Positions 33,071-47,228 of a DNA stretch of 64,000 nucleotides are shown in pieces; within the stretch, counting starts at the first letter, position 1, and each line of letters starts with the position of its first letter. Location of the stretch: positions 2,309,860 through 2,373,859 of the forward strand of contig MU004231.1 in the NCBI GenBank assembly GCA_010405405.1, given 5' to 3'. Below the pieces are notes generated by a model, which saw nothing but the letters and a program-made list of their open reading frames with translations, made no database searches and had not been told where the DNA came from. A program made the translations under genes and the position numbers. This DNA comes from Microthyrium microscopicum. Its lineage: Eukaryota.

Positions 33071-34228
33071 TTTGTCGGGAATGGTAAACTTTCTGAGTCG
33101 TGGGTATGGTCTTGGAAGTTGGTGATGGCTGGGTGGATCTCGAGGTTGGTTTTGATTCAGCGTCAGTCGAAGCGTCTCGCTGTGATGAGATCGTTTTGCA
33201 GAGAAATATTGGCTGATAATGGTTCAAATGAGTATGACCAACTTGGTTGGCAGACTTCGCGTTTTGTGAGGGACAGTCGGGTTGGCTGAAAACTGATTAG
33301 ACAGCAACGGCTTTGAATTTGTCGAGGTATCAATTAGCATATGTGCCATTGTGTGGGAGATGGAGTATATATTAGCCGTAGAAACCCCGATGAAGATAAG
33401 ACATTATGTTGAAAAGAGTAGAAGCTATCAGATGAGACGATATAGCTCAGAGAAGAGTTGAAAGTACTGCTTCTAGCTGGGGTTGACTGGATGCACAACC
33501 CGTCATCTTAGGGAACATGCCGACCTTAGCATAGTATACTTAACCTTTTAGTCCAAATATGCATCATAACAACCATAGCTCGAGTGGAGGAGAGTTTTGG
33601 GGGCCTATTACTCTTGATTTGCGTGAACGAGAACTTGGAAACCACTATAGGAGGAATACGCAAAGCCCTGGAAAGCATTTGCAGTTCTCTCTTGTAGTGG
33701 ATATAAGCTGGAAGCTTACCGTGGTCTGTTCTCGTATTTGATAGCCAGTTCAAGCGTGTTTGAGCTGTTTTGCTACCCGCCGCTCATGTCTGGTGTTGAA
33801 GAGCTCGAGGTTTTTGCTTGACGCCTGATTGGCAACAAAGAAATCGTGGAGACATGAGCTAGTCAGAGGTGTTTTCTAGCAATTGCTTGGAGGAGATTGC
33901 AGAACTTTCATCTTTACTAATAGCGCGTCAGTGGAATAGGTATTAGAAATTAGGAGATCATGTGTTATCTTTTTGAGAGAAGCTTGTCGCTCACCAGTGG
34001 ATCAGCGGCTTAGGGATCAACCTTATACCGGGTGTACTGGCAAATATCGTGTTTGTGCTATTGGCATTAGCAGAATGGAAGATGTACTGGCCGCGTCTTA
34101 CAGTGTAAGCGGCGGTTTTGTACTACTAACCTTGGAATAGTACTTTGAATTGTCTCAAATCGAGGCCTTACCAGCCTCCTATCTTTCTTATACAGCAGAC
34201 CAAATCATCAAATGGAGAGAAAACAGAG

Positions 34229-34248
34229 CACACACACACACACACACA
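34229..34248. repeat. (CA)10 microsatellite
   Basis: Directly visible. Confidence 0.9.
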
Positions 34249-34594
34249 TCGGATAGAGACCTTCAAGGAACCGGCCGTTTTGATATCCCGGAGCTTCTCA
34301 TCAAGATAGAAAAGTAAGGAACAAAAGTCTATGTCACCCATCTCTCATCGCCCAAGAAGAAGAAAAACGTACATACGCCAAAGCTAGCCACTTCGCTGTC
34401 CCTACATCGAGTGCTCGAAGATAAAATGCAACTGAAGCTTTGGCTTGGATCATCCAGCTATACACGAGCCCTCCTTAATTCTTCGCTTTTCAATCGCGCC
34501 CGTTGATTTCACCCATGCCCTTGATTTCACAACGACAACATACAAGACCGGCCGCAAGGTTTACAAGATTCATAATGTTCCAAAACTCCTTCAT

Positions 34595-37123
34595 TTATGC
34601 TAGCTTCTTTGGCGCCGAGCTTGCCTTTCCGTTGCTTTTGCGACGGCTAGACGGTCGTTGCCCATTACTCTGCCGCCTTCAGTCAGACAGACCCTATTAC
34701 AGCCTATCGTTATTATGTTACTCACTCACCGGGTTCGCTGACCGGTGAGGGTCATCTTGTAATCGCAGTGCTTCCATGCGCCGCTGATTCTCGAGAGGAT
34801 CGCCTTCATCAACTCGGGGGGTCGTTGTCGAGGCTGCAGCTGCTGAATTTTGACCTTTCTTCGATTGTGCCAATTGCTCAAGTTTATCCCATCGAGCTTT
34901 GCGATCTGACTGTTTTTGGGCTTGAGCATTTTGCTGTGCGCCATACTCGTGCGTGCAATCGTCAAAGAGTTGGGGATTGACCTCTGTGTGATTTCAAATT
35001 AGCATTGTTATTTCCACTATTCGAAGGATCATCACGTACCCATAAATAGTTTGAGTGCGTTATACACCATGCTATGAATGGTCCTAGACCTTGTTAGCTG
35101 ATGATCAACAAAAAGAACATCAAAGCATTTACCTATTCCAATGACCTTTGGAATTCTCGTATAGCGGCGCGAACATGATTGGCAGGATCACATCGACGTT
35201 GTCACTGACGAGGTTGCAAAAGTACTCGTTGTTCCAGAAGTAAAGCGCGCGCTCTGCAACCTACACATCAAGTTAGCAAAACTGCGAATACAACATGCTG
35301 CCTCATTCCTACCTGGAAGTGTGGACTTGCAACGGACTTGGCAAGTTGGTTGAATAATGGCTCTTGTACTTTTGCAAACTCTGCAGGGTCCATGACCTCG
35401 AAAATATCTTCCACTTCATTAAGGAACATGACTTCCTTGGTACTGTTGACTTTGGGCCAGTATCTCAGGAGACCAAGTACGACCTATAATAACTGTTAGA
35501 AAATTGTTTGACGTCATTGAGGAAAATCACAAACCTCTTCAGTCAAAGCGGCATCCTTTTCGAGGAACTGAACAATGCAGTATGCGAGTTGAGGATGATA
35601 CAAGCTTAGGCTCTTCGGTTTGTGCATAGGGATCAGCACTCGAGTGAGAAAAAGCTTGTGTTCCTCTTTAAGTGGCAAGGCAAAACCATTGATGATGGAT
35701 CCAAGTATTTCTAGAAGCTCTGCAACGCCATTGAATCGCTCAGTCTCATACACAAACTGGAAAAAGACATTGTTGATGGATCGTCGAATGAAAGATCTCA
35801 AATTGAGAAATTTCCCGTAAATTCGATGAAGTGTTGTTTTCAAAAAGTCTCGTTCACGAGGATCTTCAGAATCGAAAAGTTCAAGTAGCTAACAATAATC
35901 AGCTGAGATTAAGTGATGACTGTACAATTACTTACCTGGAGGACAAAGCTGTGGTCTATGTACTGTTTGGCAATGTTGGTGTTGAAGTCCTGGCTCTCAA
36001 TAAATCGCAGGAAGAACTCATAAACCACCTGGATATGGGGCCATGCCACTTCAAGGACAGGCTCGTCTTCTTCGGGGTCAAAGGCATCTCCCTGAGGGTT
36101 CATTGGCGGAGGTATTGGTCGAAACAAGTTCTTGGCAAACATTTCCACAACTCGGGGGTACATTGGTTCCTGAATGACATTTCGATTGTTTGCAACATAG
36201 TCGAGAAGCTCATGGAGAGCAAGTCTTTTGATTTCCTTGGATTTCATATCACCACTGGCATCATTGAAGTCGAATATGATGTTGCATTGATCAATTTTTT
36301 GCATGAACAATTCTGTCCGTCTGTTAGGCGGCACTTCATGAAAGCCTGGTAGCTTTTCCAGATCACGTTGTCGCTGATCTGAAATGTCGAATCGCGAAGA
36401 ATGTTGCCGTTTCGGGGTTCTTATTCCCTCTGGCAAATCTCGACCTGTGCCACCTAGTCTATCTAGGAGGAGACTCTTCGTGCCGGCTTTAGGTGGTGCC
36501 AAGTCGCCCGGCATAGTCTCTGGAGCACCAGGAGGAGGAATATGCTGCCATCACCAAGTCAGATTCAGTTCAAAGAGTCATGCCAGAAATTCTTGCAACA
36601 AACTAAAGGGCGGGAGACTTACCGGACCACTAGGACTCACAATAACACTTGGCGGGAGATGATGCGGTTGTCTATGCGTTGTAGAGCCCGAAGCACCGGG
36701 TGCAGGTGGTAGAGGCTGTTGGCCCGACATGAACTGCGATCCTGCATTGAGTGACGACGGGAGCACTTGTTGAGATGGAACCATTGTGGGATGATGACCG
36801 CTAGTCGGGGGAATATTATCGTTACTCGGAAGAGGTTTGTTGCGAGGGTCATTGATGGCGTTTGGAGCGGCACCGATGAGGGTGGTTTGAGAGGAAGTTG
36901 GGGTGCCTTGGGTCGAATTGGCAGGGGAATGGTTGGCAGAGCTACCATGAGGCGATGCAGTGCCCGAGTTCGAGGATTCGCCCTTCTTTTTTGAGGATTT
37001 GCTTGATTCTTTGGCCCTTGAGAGCTGTTACGAGTAGAATGATTAGCATAATTTGATCCAACAAGTGTGGAGAGGAAATCGTAGAGGACGGGGACTAACA
37101 ACCCTTTGTCTGAAGCCTTTCAT
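34595..37123 (-). CDS. RTS1: PP2A regulatory subunit B56/B' (multi-exon; last exon boundary approximate)
   Basis: MKGFRQRV start, [76 protein letters not shown]. Confidence 0.96.
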
Positions 37124-38650
37124 ACTTGCGACCGGCGCGAAAACAGGCCTTGCGTAATGCTTCAGATATGATCTCTTGACGTTCAATTGGTGCTGGTATT
37201 GCTGTGTTGAAGGAACTCGTCCGAATTAGGTTCGAGGAAGTGCGGATAGGGGCGCAGTCAAGGATTGTTGGCAGGCATTGGCAAGATAGGACTGAAGGTT
37301 TGAAAAATGCCACGAGCCGGGTGGGACGATGGGATGTTCAAGGGAAATGAGAGCGCTGTAGAGGAAGATGGCAGATGGTAGAGGCGGAGTGGTGATGCGG
37401 AAAGCAGCTAGCCAAGACGGTGGGGAAGCGCTTGGAGACCAGTGAAGGAAGCAATGCCAGGCGGCGCGCAGAGACTGACCACAAGCAGTGAATACGGATA
37501 GATTATGAAGAGCACGAGAAGAGTCGAAAATCAAGGTATAAGCGGGGTGAGTAGAGTAGTAGTTGAGTAACCAGGATGAAGGTGGTGGTAGTAGTTTGTT
37601 GAGGTTGAAGAGTTGACGATGCGCTGGGAGTTCAGGCCCGTAGTTGAGCCAGACACTGCCCACTGCCCACTGGTGGACTGGTGTTTGAACCTTGCGCAGG
37701 TCTTGGGGCACGGCTTTTGGCGGGCTTTCCCTCTCCACTCTTCTCTAAACTGGATTGGCCAAGGCGGCGGAAGATGGAGGTGTGAGCAACAACGAGCGAA
37801 TGCACGTGCAGGTTAATCTGACACTCTGATCTTTGTACTTGTACAATGGAGCAACAATGAAAAGATAAAAAAAAACAATTAATTGGTGCAACTGATGATG
37901 TGGCTCTACATGGCTGCGGGTGGGCAGACTGGAGTGTGTCAACTCAGCATTGCCACTCATACGGAGTAGCAACCGCCAATTCAACTGCATCAGCATCAAA
38001 TGTGGATAAGTTGTCTCCTGGAGATGGCAATAACAATAATGCCATTGATCGCTACTACCGGATAAATACCTAAGTAAGTTTCAAATGACACGCAGCCGGG
38101 CAAATTATATTGAAACTGCTCCAGTCTTTGGGTTCAACTGAGCAAATGCCAAAGCGGTTGATGGGCTCTCCTGCCAAAGAAAAATTGCCTTTCGAGTTAC
38201 CAGTTCAAACATCAGGTAATCGGCGTCATAAACAACAAATAAACTACATCAACTCTTTAACCTTCCAAGGAACCAAAGGCATGTTATTGAGTTTCCGCTG
38301 CTGTGATCATCTCCGTCTCGCTAAGTAAGTTGAGGGTGGAGTGGAGGTACTGTGCCAAGGCTGGGATACGGACGACCCCTGTCCTTTTGGTGCACCTTCT
38401 TCTTTTGGACCAAACTTCATTGTTCTATTGAAGACTCATGGTGACTCTGAAGTCAAAACTCAAATATGTCTAAAATAACGAACAATACATCTGAGACTTC
38501 GCTGGCATGGTCGCCTGTCTGACTCCCATAATTTTACGATAAAACTGCCATTTCCACCACGCCTACAAGCCTGTGATTAGTTCTCTAACTCTAATAACCA
38601 CCCTCCACGCTTACCACTTCGCGTTTGTAACAGCAAGTTCAAAATTCAGA

Positions 38651-40518
38651 ATGCAGAACTTCCAGCAGATGGAGCAACCGGCCTTTGAAGATTCACAGCT
38701 TGTTGATCTCGTTCCAGTAGGTGATGCCCAGATCATCTCTCTGGAGCATCCATGTCGTATTCATAATGTTGATCGGGGCGTCAAGTCTCTTGGTGGACAT
38801 ACCATACTCAACAAAGTTTGTTTCCGTTTCCCGGCTGAGATGTATTGCATCTAATCTCTTGTATAGTTTCTTGATTCTTCCAAGGACTGGAAAAGTAGGA
38901 AGCCTCATATCTCTCTCCGTCCTGAGGATGCTTTCGCAACCAAACTGCCATCATTTTACAACGTCACCAACAATGTTGTGCTTAAAATCACTGTGCCAAA
39001 GCGCACTGGTCGTAAGAGAAAGCGAGGCTCAGACCATCCTTTTGAAATGGACGCGGATTGGCCTCCACCGAAATCTGGACTGGCAGACGCTGCAGCAGTT
39101 CATCGCTCAATTCGCGACAATGAGAAGAAGTACTCATACTCCCCTGTGGGAGAAATTAGACATACCTACAGGTTCCGCAGTAAGCTCAATTCAAGTTTGA
39201 CAGCAATATTACCGTTGACCAATTTTGCAGCCATCACATCTTTCCAGCATGCCACAGTTGGAAACCCTGTTGTAAAGAGAATGAAGAAGACGCTGCTCTC
39301 GTCTGATTGTAAGCTACGGTTTAACGTGACCCCTTTTACATACTAAGAAGCCTCAGACGAAACCGTGAAGCAGTTTGGGGTTGACCCTTCGCCCGACCTT
39401 GCTCCCACTGCAGAACTTCATCCTCCCCCAGGTATCGCACTGACTGAGCTGCCATTCCCCTTCTAGTGAGTCGATCGTATCCATCCATGGACACTTTACT
39501 AATTTCGAGCAGCTATCGCCAAAACGAAAACATTTTCGTCCAGACTGATCCCACCGGCGCAATCCAATCTGTCAACCTAGACCACCAAATGAAATCTTCC
39601 ATCACCAAAATCGGCCACGACGCACCCACAGTTCCTACCACACCACCACCAAATCTCCCCAAAGAATACACTCTCGATCCCTACATCCGCCAAGTAGTCA
39701 AGGCCCTCCGGAACGCACTCAAAGACCGCCCGATCCTATCAACACGAGTCCAGTCCGCAGCATCCAACAACGCCCCTTTCGGCAACATCCGCCGCGCAAT
39801 CCCCTATTGCGGCTACATGTTCCGCGAAGGACCGTTCAAAAACGCCCTCATACGCTATGGAGTTGATCCACGCAGTGATACAAAATACCGCGACTATCAA
39901 CTCGTCCACGTGCACGTCCAACCGCCGGACAAAAGCAAGGTGTGGTACTCGAAAGATTTGAACAAAGACATCACATCCAGCAATAAGCAAGACGCGTATA
40001 AATTCGATGGTACAACTGTTAGCATGGACCATAAAGTCTGGCAAGCCTGCGATGTCTCTGACCCGCTACTGCGCAGCATTCTCGACAACTCCAACCTTTG
40101 CGACACATTTGAAACTACCACGCGCGGGTGGTATAAAAGCGGTGTGTGGAGCATCTTCCGCGTGCTGCTCAAGGACAAAATCGATCGTATTGTGCATGGT
40201 ACGAGCAGAGATGATGCGTTCTACAAGATGGTATTGGAGGACTGGCCGGAGAATCTGGAAGACTATTCAATCGATCCGAGTAAGCGTTTGTCGCAGGATC
40301 CTGATATTGCGAGTCTGAGAGCACGCGCGAGGACACTGGGACGGCAAGCGGAGTTGACAGGGGCCACGCGCAAAAGAATGCGGAAAGACTTTCTGGAAGG
40401 TGGGGATGATTATGATGAGGATTTGGGGTCTGGGCAGGAGAGTGCGGTTGATGATAGTGATCTTGATGAGGTCGATGAAGTGTCGGACCAGGATGATGAT
40501 GAGTTTGGCGCGGCGTAG
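38651..40518 (+). CDS. TFC1: RNA polymerase III transcription factor TFIIIC subunit tau95 (Tfc1/Sfc1), multi-exon
   Basis: SLEHPCRIHNVDRGVKSLGG, LKITVPKRTGRKRKRGS, HTYRFR, YMFREGPFK..LIRYGVDPR, WQACDVSDP and an acidic tail. Confidence 0.88.
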
Positions 40519-40821
40519 GCTATGATAGTCCTGGGCACAAGCTGCTTAGGTGCTTCTTGGTTCTTGAGGTCTGCGTCTAGGGAAAGACTGAAGGTCTGCG
40601 AGGCGTAGAGGAAGAAAAGGCTGTTAGTCTCAGACTTGCAGCCAATATTCGGCCATATGTATGCCAGAATGAACATGATCACCATGATGTAATCTCCATT
40701 TCGCTGCCTGATGGACGAACAATAATTCATCGACATACTACGCCTTCCTCCTACATATTCCCACTAACATCCATACAGCCAACAGACAGCTCCCTTCATC
40801 CCAGCTAAGCGATATCAGACC

Positions 40822-41607
40822 TCATCGCACGTACCCAAACGGACTCTGAGAATCCGGCACCGCATCAGGATCATACTCCTCCCCCGTTGCACGATCCACC
40901 CTCTTCCCACTCTCCTCCTCAACCCGTCTCCTTCCCCTCGCATTAACCTCTAACGCCTTCACCAATCTCGGCAGATAAACCACCTGGCCCACACAATACT
41001 TCAGCACTTCCTTCCCCAGTGGTCTTTTCTCCCAAATCTTCGGATCCGCCCAATATTCCACTACATCCCTTGTCTCAATCCACTCATCCTGTTCCGCTTC
41101 CGTCATCCAAGAAACATTATGCACTTGCTGGTAGAACCGAGATGCCATCGTTCGCACCGGCTTCTCAGGAGATTCGCGGGTGAAGCTGTCCAGTAATTGG
41201 ATATCGATGACACCAGCGAGGCGGATGTTATAGAGATACCAGAGGGCGTTGGCGGGGCGGCGTACATCCCAGATGTATTTGGTGATATTAGGGGATTCGA
41301 GGATGTCTTTGAGTGTGGAGTTGGCGTTTGAAGAGGTGGAGAATGCGCGTTGTTGCAGGGCGGTGATGTCGATTATGCCGGTTCTATCTCGTAGTTCCGC
41401 CAAAGCAGTCTCAGCGTTCGAGGAATCGAGGGAGGTATCTAGGGTGAGTCCGTCGATGATGTGGATGGTAAGGAGGGAGATTGTCCCGTTGCGGCCGAGT
41501 TTGAAGCCTTCGAAGTCTATGTAGATGGTTTTACCAGGAGTGATTGAGGCTAGAAAGTACTGTAGTCTTGAAGTTGTGGCGATCAACTTTTCGGGCTGAG
41601 CTTCCAT
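40822..41607 (-). CDS. 3'-5' exonuclease domain protein (DEDDy, EXD1/Egalitarian-like), possibly inactive
   Basis: IYIDFEG..LGRNGTISLL, LKDILES, WDVR...ALW, LAGVIDIQLL, W.KRPL....KYC. Confidence 0.8.
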   Translation of the reverse strand: MEAQPEKLIATTSRLQYFLASITPGKTIYIDFEGFKLGRNGTISLLTIHIIDGLTLDTSLDSSNAETALAELRDRTGIIDITALQQRAFSTSSNANSTLKDILESPNITKYIWDVRRPANALWYLYNIRLAGVIDIQLLDSFTRESPEKPVRTMASRFYQQVHNVSWMTEAEQDEWIETRDVVEYWADPKIWEKRPLGKEVLKYCVGQVVYLPRLVKALEVNARGRRRVEEESGKRVDRATGEEYDPDAVPDSQSPFGYVR

Positions 41608-42178
41608 GATGAGTACAGTGTAGTTTTAGGTAATACGTACTTGATCGTGAGAACAACGGGAATGCTTGGTTGAGGAGTAAGCTGATACAGCATATTGAAT
41701 GGGAATCAACGATGTTTTTATATTCCATTCTTTACAGCTGTTTATTTGCTTTGCACCTCATAATCAGGCTTTATCTAACAGACTGACACATGAAGATGAC
41801 ACTCGGACTAATTACGAAAGCTGTCAGGCGTTTATTCATGACAGTTTATGTTTACATAGCGACTACCATCTTGAGATTTATTTCATCTCGACCTCATCAT
41901 AATACTTCCTCACGCCAGCCAAGCCGCCATGCCAGTCATCTCGCCGAGATATCGCATGTTTCGCATTGCACGAGTATTGTCACAAATTTTCACGAGCACA
42001 AGTAGACGTACCTGATGATTGAAGCTGTAAATTGTGCCATGGCGGCGTAGCTCAGGTGACAATGCTCACGATAGCAAGCTAGCCAAAAGCCAGACTCACA
42101 ATGCTGATGCTCCTGCTCAAACCAGCCGACCAAACAAAGCCACAGTGTACGAGAGCTTCTCGCAGGCTTAAAGACTTG

Positions 42179-43920
42179 TCAGCGCCGACGACGACGCGAG
42201 GTTGCCGGACGCGTTGCAGCAGTAGTTGTAGGCTTATCATGTCCGCGATACACACCCACCGGCCAATCCACAAAGCGATACTCAGGCTCCCAACTCCGCG
42301 CGACCAATAGATCCTTGTTCATAGGGAAGTTTGGTTCTCCTGGCTGGTAGCCATACAGCATGACAGAGTAGAAAGCCTTGTTCAACCAAATTCGACGGCG
42401 CATACACTCCATCAGAATGAGTTGTTCAATGCGTAAAGCGCGGGTACGGCCGGCGCCCCATGCCTCACGAATGCCACGTCCAAAGTGCTGTACCTGAACG
42501 CCAGCGACGTTCCAAGTCTGTGATTGGAATTGGCGTGGCCGATTGGAGCCGAAACGAAGCTTCATTCGGATGATATCCAGTGACGTATAGCAGCCCTTGA
42601 GCAATTCTCCGAGCGAGGCGAGTGACTTGTGGGAGAGAAACATTTTGCGCATCTGCATATGGGCTGGAGCGTGAGCTGGGCTGTTAAGATGCATGTCGAG
42701 TTTCATGATGAAAAACCAGGCGAAGAAGAGTTGCCATTCGCGCCAGTACTTTTGGTTATGGATTAGACCAATGCGGTTACCATTGCTGGAGATACCGTTG
42801 GTGAACCACATTTGCTGAACGATATTACACATTGTGGCTGGCATGGGATGACCTGCAAGATGGAGTTTGTAAAGGATTTCGTCAGTGATCTTTTGTCGTT
42901 GGGTGATCATCTTAAGCCATCTGAAGCCGGCGACGAAGCGGACTTCGGTCAAGTTGTGCACTATGGTGTTTTGGATGGGATCTCGTACGCAAAGATCTCT
43001 GAAGAAATGCCATGGGAATAGTTTGTCGCCGTGGGGAGCCCAAATTTGCATGCTGGCTTTGATAAAGGATTGGTATCGGCAGTTGACGGCGTGGTGGAAG
43101 TCCTTGGAGATGGCGTAAAGATTGCACATGGTGTCCGGATCGAGGTATTTAGCCATTACAAATGTGACATCGTGATTCTTGAACAAGCTGTCCAGGAGCT
43201 GGAAAGGGTTTTTCTTGACGGTGAATAACTGCGTTGCAGGGACAGCTGCTGCTGGCACTTCATCCTGAGAAAGTTTCATCGAATGCATTTTGACAGCGAG
43301 CGCCATAATCTCCTCGGGAGAAAGACCGGGTGGCTTATCAGTACCTGGCCCATCATGACTTTCTTCTTGGGATTGGATCAGGAAGTTGAGGCCGTCTGAA
43401 GATGCGGTCTCCGTAGGCGTCAATATAGGCTGTGGGCGTGCGATCCTTGAGACTCCTCTCTTTGGGTTGGACATCAGCCCATGTTGTGGATTTGGTGGAC
43501 CTGTCAGAGGAGGTGTTGCCAGTTGGGTGGATGTTATGTCGTGTACTATATTGACGGCCAGGCCATGACGACGTTTCTTCTTCGGAGGTGCCTGATCATG
43601 TTCGACAGGCTGAGATGAGATTGATTTGTCTGTAGACTGGTCTGTTCCTATATGGGGTGAAGCCGCAGCAATATCTGCCAGTGCACGTAGTCCACGGTTT
43701 GCTGGATTATTGTAGTCGTCTGAAGGGTCAAAATCAGTCACGCCGGAAAGGAAAGAAAGAGTTGTCATAAGGCTGTACCTTCTTTGTCAATGTCCATTAC
43801 ATCGGGATCCATGGAAAGTCCAGGGGCCAGTTTTTGTTTATTGTCGTCCAGGTCCATCATCTCCCCGATGTTTGGATCCAGTTCACCAGGATGGCGAAGG
43901 GCAGTTTGTTCAGGCCTCAT
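42179..43920 (-). CDS. Conserved-looking hypothetical protein with an F-box-like segment
   Basis: 529-codon ORF plus an upstream exon from ATG 43920 joined through a GTACAG...CTGAT...CAG intron. MAKYLDPDTMCNLYAISKDFH resembles an F-box-like motif. Confidence 0.7.
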
Positions 43921-45205
43921 ATTTTCTGAACGAGAAAAGGCCGATGGTGCTCTTAAATACGGTTAGCAATCGGGCTCTGTAGATCGAGTGAGGTGATACT
44001 TACGAGATGCAACGTGCAACACAAGTTGAAAGAACTGACTACTCCAGAGCGGAGCGAAGCGAATGAACTCTCTCCAGCGTTTGCCCTAGCGAGAAATACG
44101 AGTAAGAGGCTCCTCATCTAAGCAGACTGAATAGGTTTTAGGGACAGGATTTCGATGTGGGCTAGTTGGCGAACGCAAAATGAAGCAAACCTGTAGAGGA
44201 AATGGAGAGCTCCGGAAATCAAATCTGGATGTAGAAGTGAGAGGATGAACCATGGCTGTCAATGTGACTTTTCTAAGCCAAGTAGCTGGTGGTTATTGAA
44301 ACTTGCTTATTGACGATGTTGAGGCCTATTGAGTACCGTAGCTTCAATTGTTATTGTTGCCTGCAGCCTGGCTCAATAGAAATCCAGCTGCTATTGTTCT
44401 CTGAGCTGTCAATACCTCATGACCTAAAAACACAGCAAGTGCGCCTAGTAAGCATGCGGTTGCTAAAACAGGCAGGAGCGGATCAGCTCTTGAGGAAGGC
44501 GCGACCGACATCTGCAGTGTTAAGGAAGGAGCGGCTCTCATCCGCTACATTACGAGTACAGCGGATTTCAATCCACTCCACCATGCAAGCCTCGGCACTT
44601 TTTCTCGTCGTTTGCTTGCGATATGTCTTATATGTCTTCCATTGCGCTTTCTAAGAGTAGGCAGGAATATAATCCATGTGGCAGTGGCATTGGACCTTCT
44701 GATTGGTTGTCTACTTTTGAAGTCATCAGTCATTGGCTGTTGAGAGCCTTGGCCAAGAGTAGTTCAGCCTTGCGTGCAGCCTGATCAACGCGTGCACTTG
44801 ATAGTTTCAAAGCACACCAGAGATTTTCGTACTTAATCTGCCATACATACTCAAAAGCCGACACAACAGACCAAAACTACAGTCACGTGCTCATAAGTTA
44901 TCTTCCTCTGCTCTTGTGAAACACATCGCCCTTAGCCCTGAGCTCAAAAGCATATTTTTAAATTAAAGAGAAAACAATGGAATATTTTGCAGTCTACGGT
45001 TCTCCCCTGACACGGACGTGACATGGATCGTAAAGGCTACCGCGCAATATAACAAACGATCATAGTCAAAGAATAAAGGTCAGGGACTCAAGAGGTTATC
45101 AAAAAGTCTCATTCGCTTGTTCTCACAAAACCTAACAAATATTCCTCATACCATTAGGCAATATTCCGATTCTCGGCAAAAGACTCTTATTCCAGCCAAC
45201 ACGAC

Positions 45206-45856
45206 ATGCACAAGCAAGACTTGAGCCAGAATGCCAGCGACGATGAGCAAAGCGAAAGGAAACCTCACTTTCCAAATCCGCCCGGCTACCCTGAAGACCC
45301 ACCGCAAATTGCCCTTGGTCTCTCTTTCCTAAATGGAACCTGTCCCCACGATAAGATTCCGCAACTCCGACTCAGTTTATCAAACCGAACAGATTATCCC
45401 ATCACATTCTACAAGAACTGGGGCCTGTTTGTGTTTAGCCATGGCTATACACGATCAAGTTGCTTGTTTGAAATTCGGGATCTCACCACCGAAAAGATCA
45501 TGGAGCCTCCAGACAATTTTTACTGCACCTTTCACACACCATATCAGACTCAAGATTACGCGCAAGAATTCTTTACCATTCGACCAAGGAAAACATATGT
45601 GCTAGACGGGTCGTTTCCGCTACACGAAAAGAAAGCTGGTCACAGCTACTCAATACGCATTATAGAGCCGACAATATGCTGGTGGGCATATGGAACTAAA
45701 AAGCAACTGCTTTGCACATCCAACAGAATGAAGCTTCTTCTGCTTTATATCTTGAGGAAAAATCCTTTGGAAAGGTACGATTTGACCTTGCAAGGTGATA
45801 TTCCTCCTCTCACTGTTACGGACTTGGGCGAACCGGCCGTGGTCCATATCGTTTAG
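45206..45856 (+). CDS. Hypothetical beta-sandwich-like protein
   Basis: Intact 216-aa ORF (LSLSNRTDYPITF...FFTIRP...ICWWAYGTK). Confidence 0.6.
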   Translation: MHKQDLSQNASDDEQSERKPHFPNPPGYPEDPPQIALGLSFLNGTCPHDKIPQLRLSLSNRTDYPITFYKNWGLFVFSHGYTRSSCLFEIRDLTTEKIMEPPDNFYCTFHTPYQTQDYAQEFFTIRPRKTYVLDGSFPLHEKKAGHSYSIRIIEPTICWWAYGTKKQLLCTSNRMKLLLLYILRKNPLERYDLTLQGDIPPLTVTDLGEPAVVHIV

Positions 45857-46173
45857 CACTCCTTTGATATGGCGTGCGGTGTTGGTGTAGCGCAGCGTCC
45901 AAGTGGAAGATAGTTAGCACAAAGAGAAAACAGCATGTAGATGCAGATGCAAGTTTATGAACTACAGACATTGCGAAAGTGAAAATGATATATTGATCAA
46001 ATTGCCGCCTGTTGAGAGGGCCCAGACCAATGATGCCACAACGGATCTACAAACGCTGATCTGATCGCAGAGATATGCCGTATAGATGGATGAGCATCTG
46101 CATAACCCAAGGTATAATTCTAAGTAACCAAAACGCCAGAACAATGCGACGCAATGAACTCCAAAGCTTACGA

Positions 46174-47228
46174 CTAGCCGCGGACAAGCTTGAGGAACTC
46201 TTCGCGAGTCTTTGCATTCGGTGATCTCATGCAGCCACGCATACAACTTGTGACTGTCATCGAGCTTGTCTTCTGAACTCCTCGCATGACCATGCATAGA
46301 TGGCTTGATTCTACTACAACGGCAACACCTCGCGGTTCCAAGACTTGTTCAAGGGCGAGAGCTACTTGCTTCGTGAGCCTTTCTTGCACTTGCAGACGTC
46401 TAGCGAACATGTCTGCTATGCGTGCGAGTTTTGATAGCCCTATTACACGGCGCGAAGGGATGTAGCCGATGTGCATCTACAAGTGAATCAGAAGGTGTGA
46501 GGCTTGAGCTTTCCACGACGCGTTTACGAAGCTTGGAGAAGGGGAAACGGGTCGGTTGTCAAATCATGTGGTAGATCGCGAGGTAGAGAATCTGCAAGCA
46601 TAAAGCAGCGCAAAACAAAACACTGTATCGACCTACCTTGCCAGTGAAGGGAACAAGATGATGTTCACAGAGTGAGAAAATCTCAATGTCCTTGACAATG
46701 ACCAGTTCATCGTGATCCTCGTGGAATATAGCTCCATTTACAATGTCCCGAAGGTTCTCTTCATAGCCTTTGGTGAAGAACATCATTGCTTTGGCATATC
46801 GCTCGGGGGTATCAAGAAGACCTTCTCGTGATGGGTCTTCGCCTACGCATTCTAGGATTGTTTGTACGGCATCAGCGATCTTCTTAACTCGCGCGGCGGA
46901 TTCTTCAGGGGTGTCGTCAAGTCTAGCACGAGTGCCTGTGCCTGTTTCCGCCTTATTAGCAAGCGATAGTCAAAGAACACAGATGCTACGCACTGGGCCA
47001 ACTTAGGCCGTCAAAGTCAACCGCGGGAAGTTGTTGTTGCGGGGCAGTTGATGTGTTTCGCGATGTGGATGGTGTGACAGCTTCATCGCGAGGGTCTCTT
47101 GCGGATCTCTCGTCTGCTGGATGTAGGCTCTTTCGTCTCTGCTTGCTCAGATGAACATTGCCCACTCCATTGGTGATAGGATCCACCTTTCCAGTGTTAT
47201 TAACGTCGTCGTCGGTGGTGGGAGTCAT
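46174..47228 (-). CDS. FOL2: GTP cyclohydrolase I
   Basis: [51 protein letters not shown]; two introns. Confidence 0.97.

Noticed and set aside
33100..34200. Additional MC-family gene upstream of gene F
   Set aside because: Only short broken frames without the Cys pattern were found.
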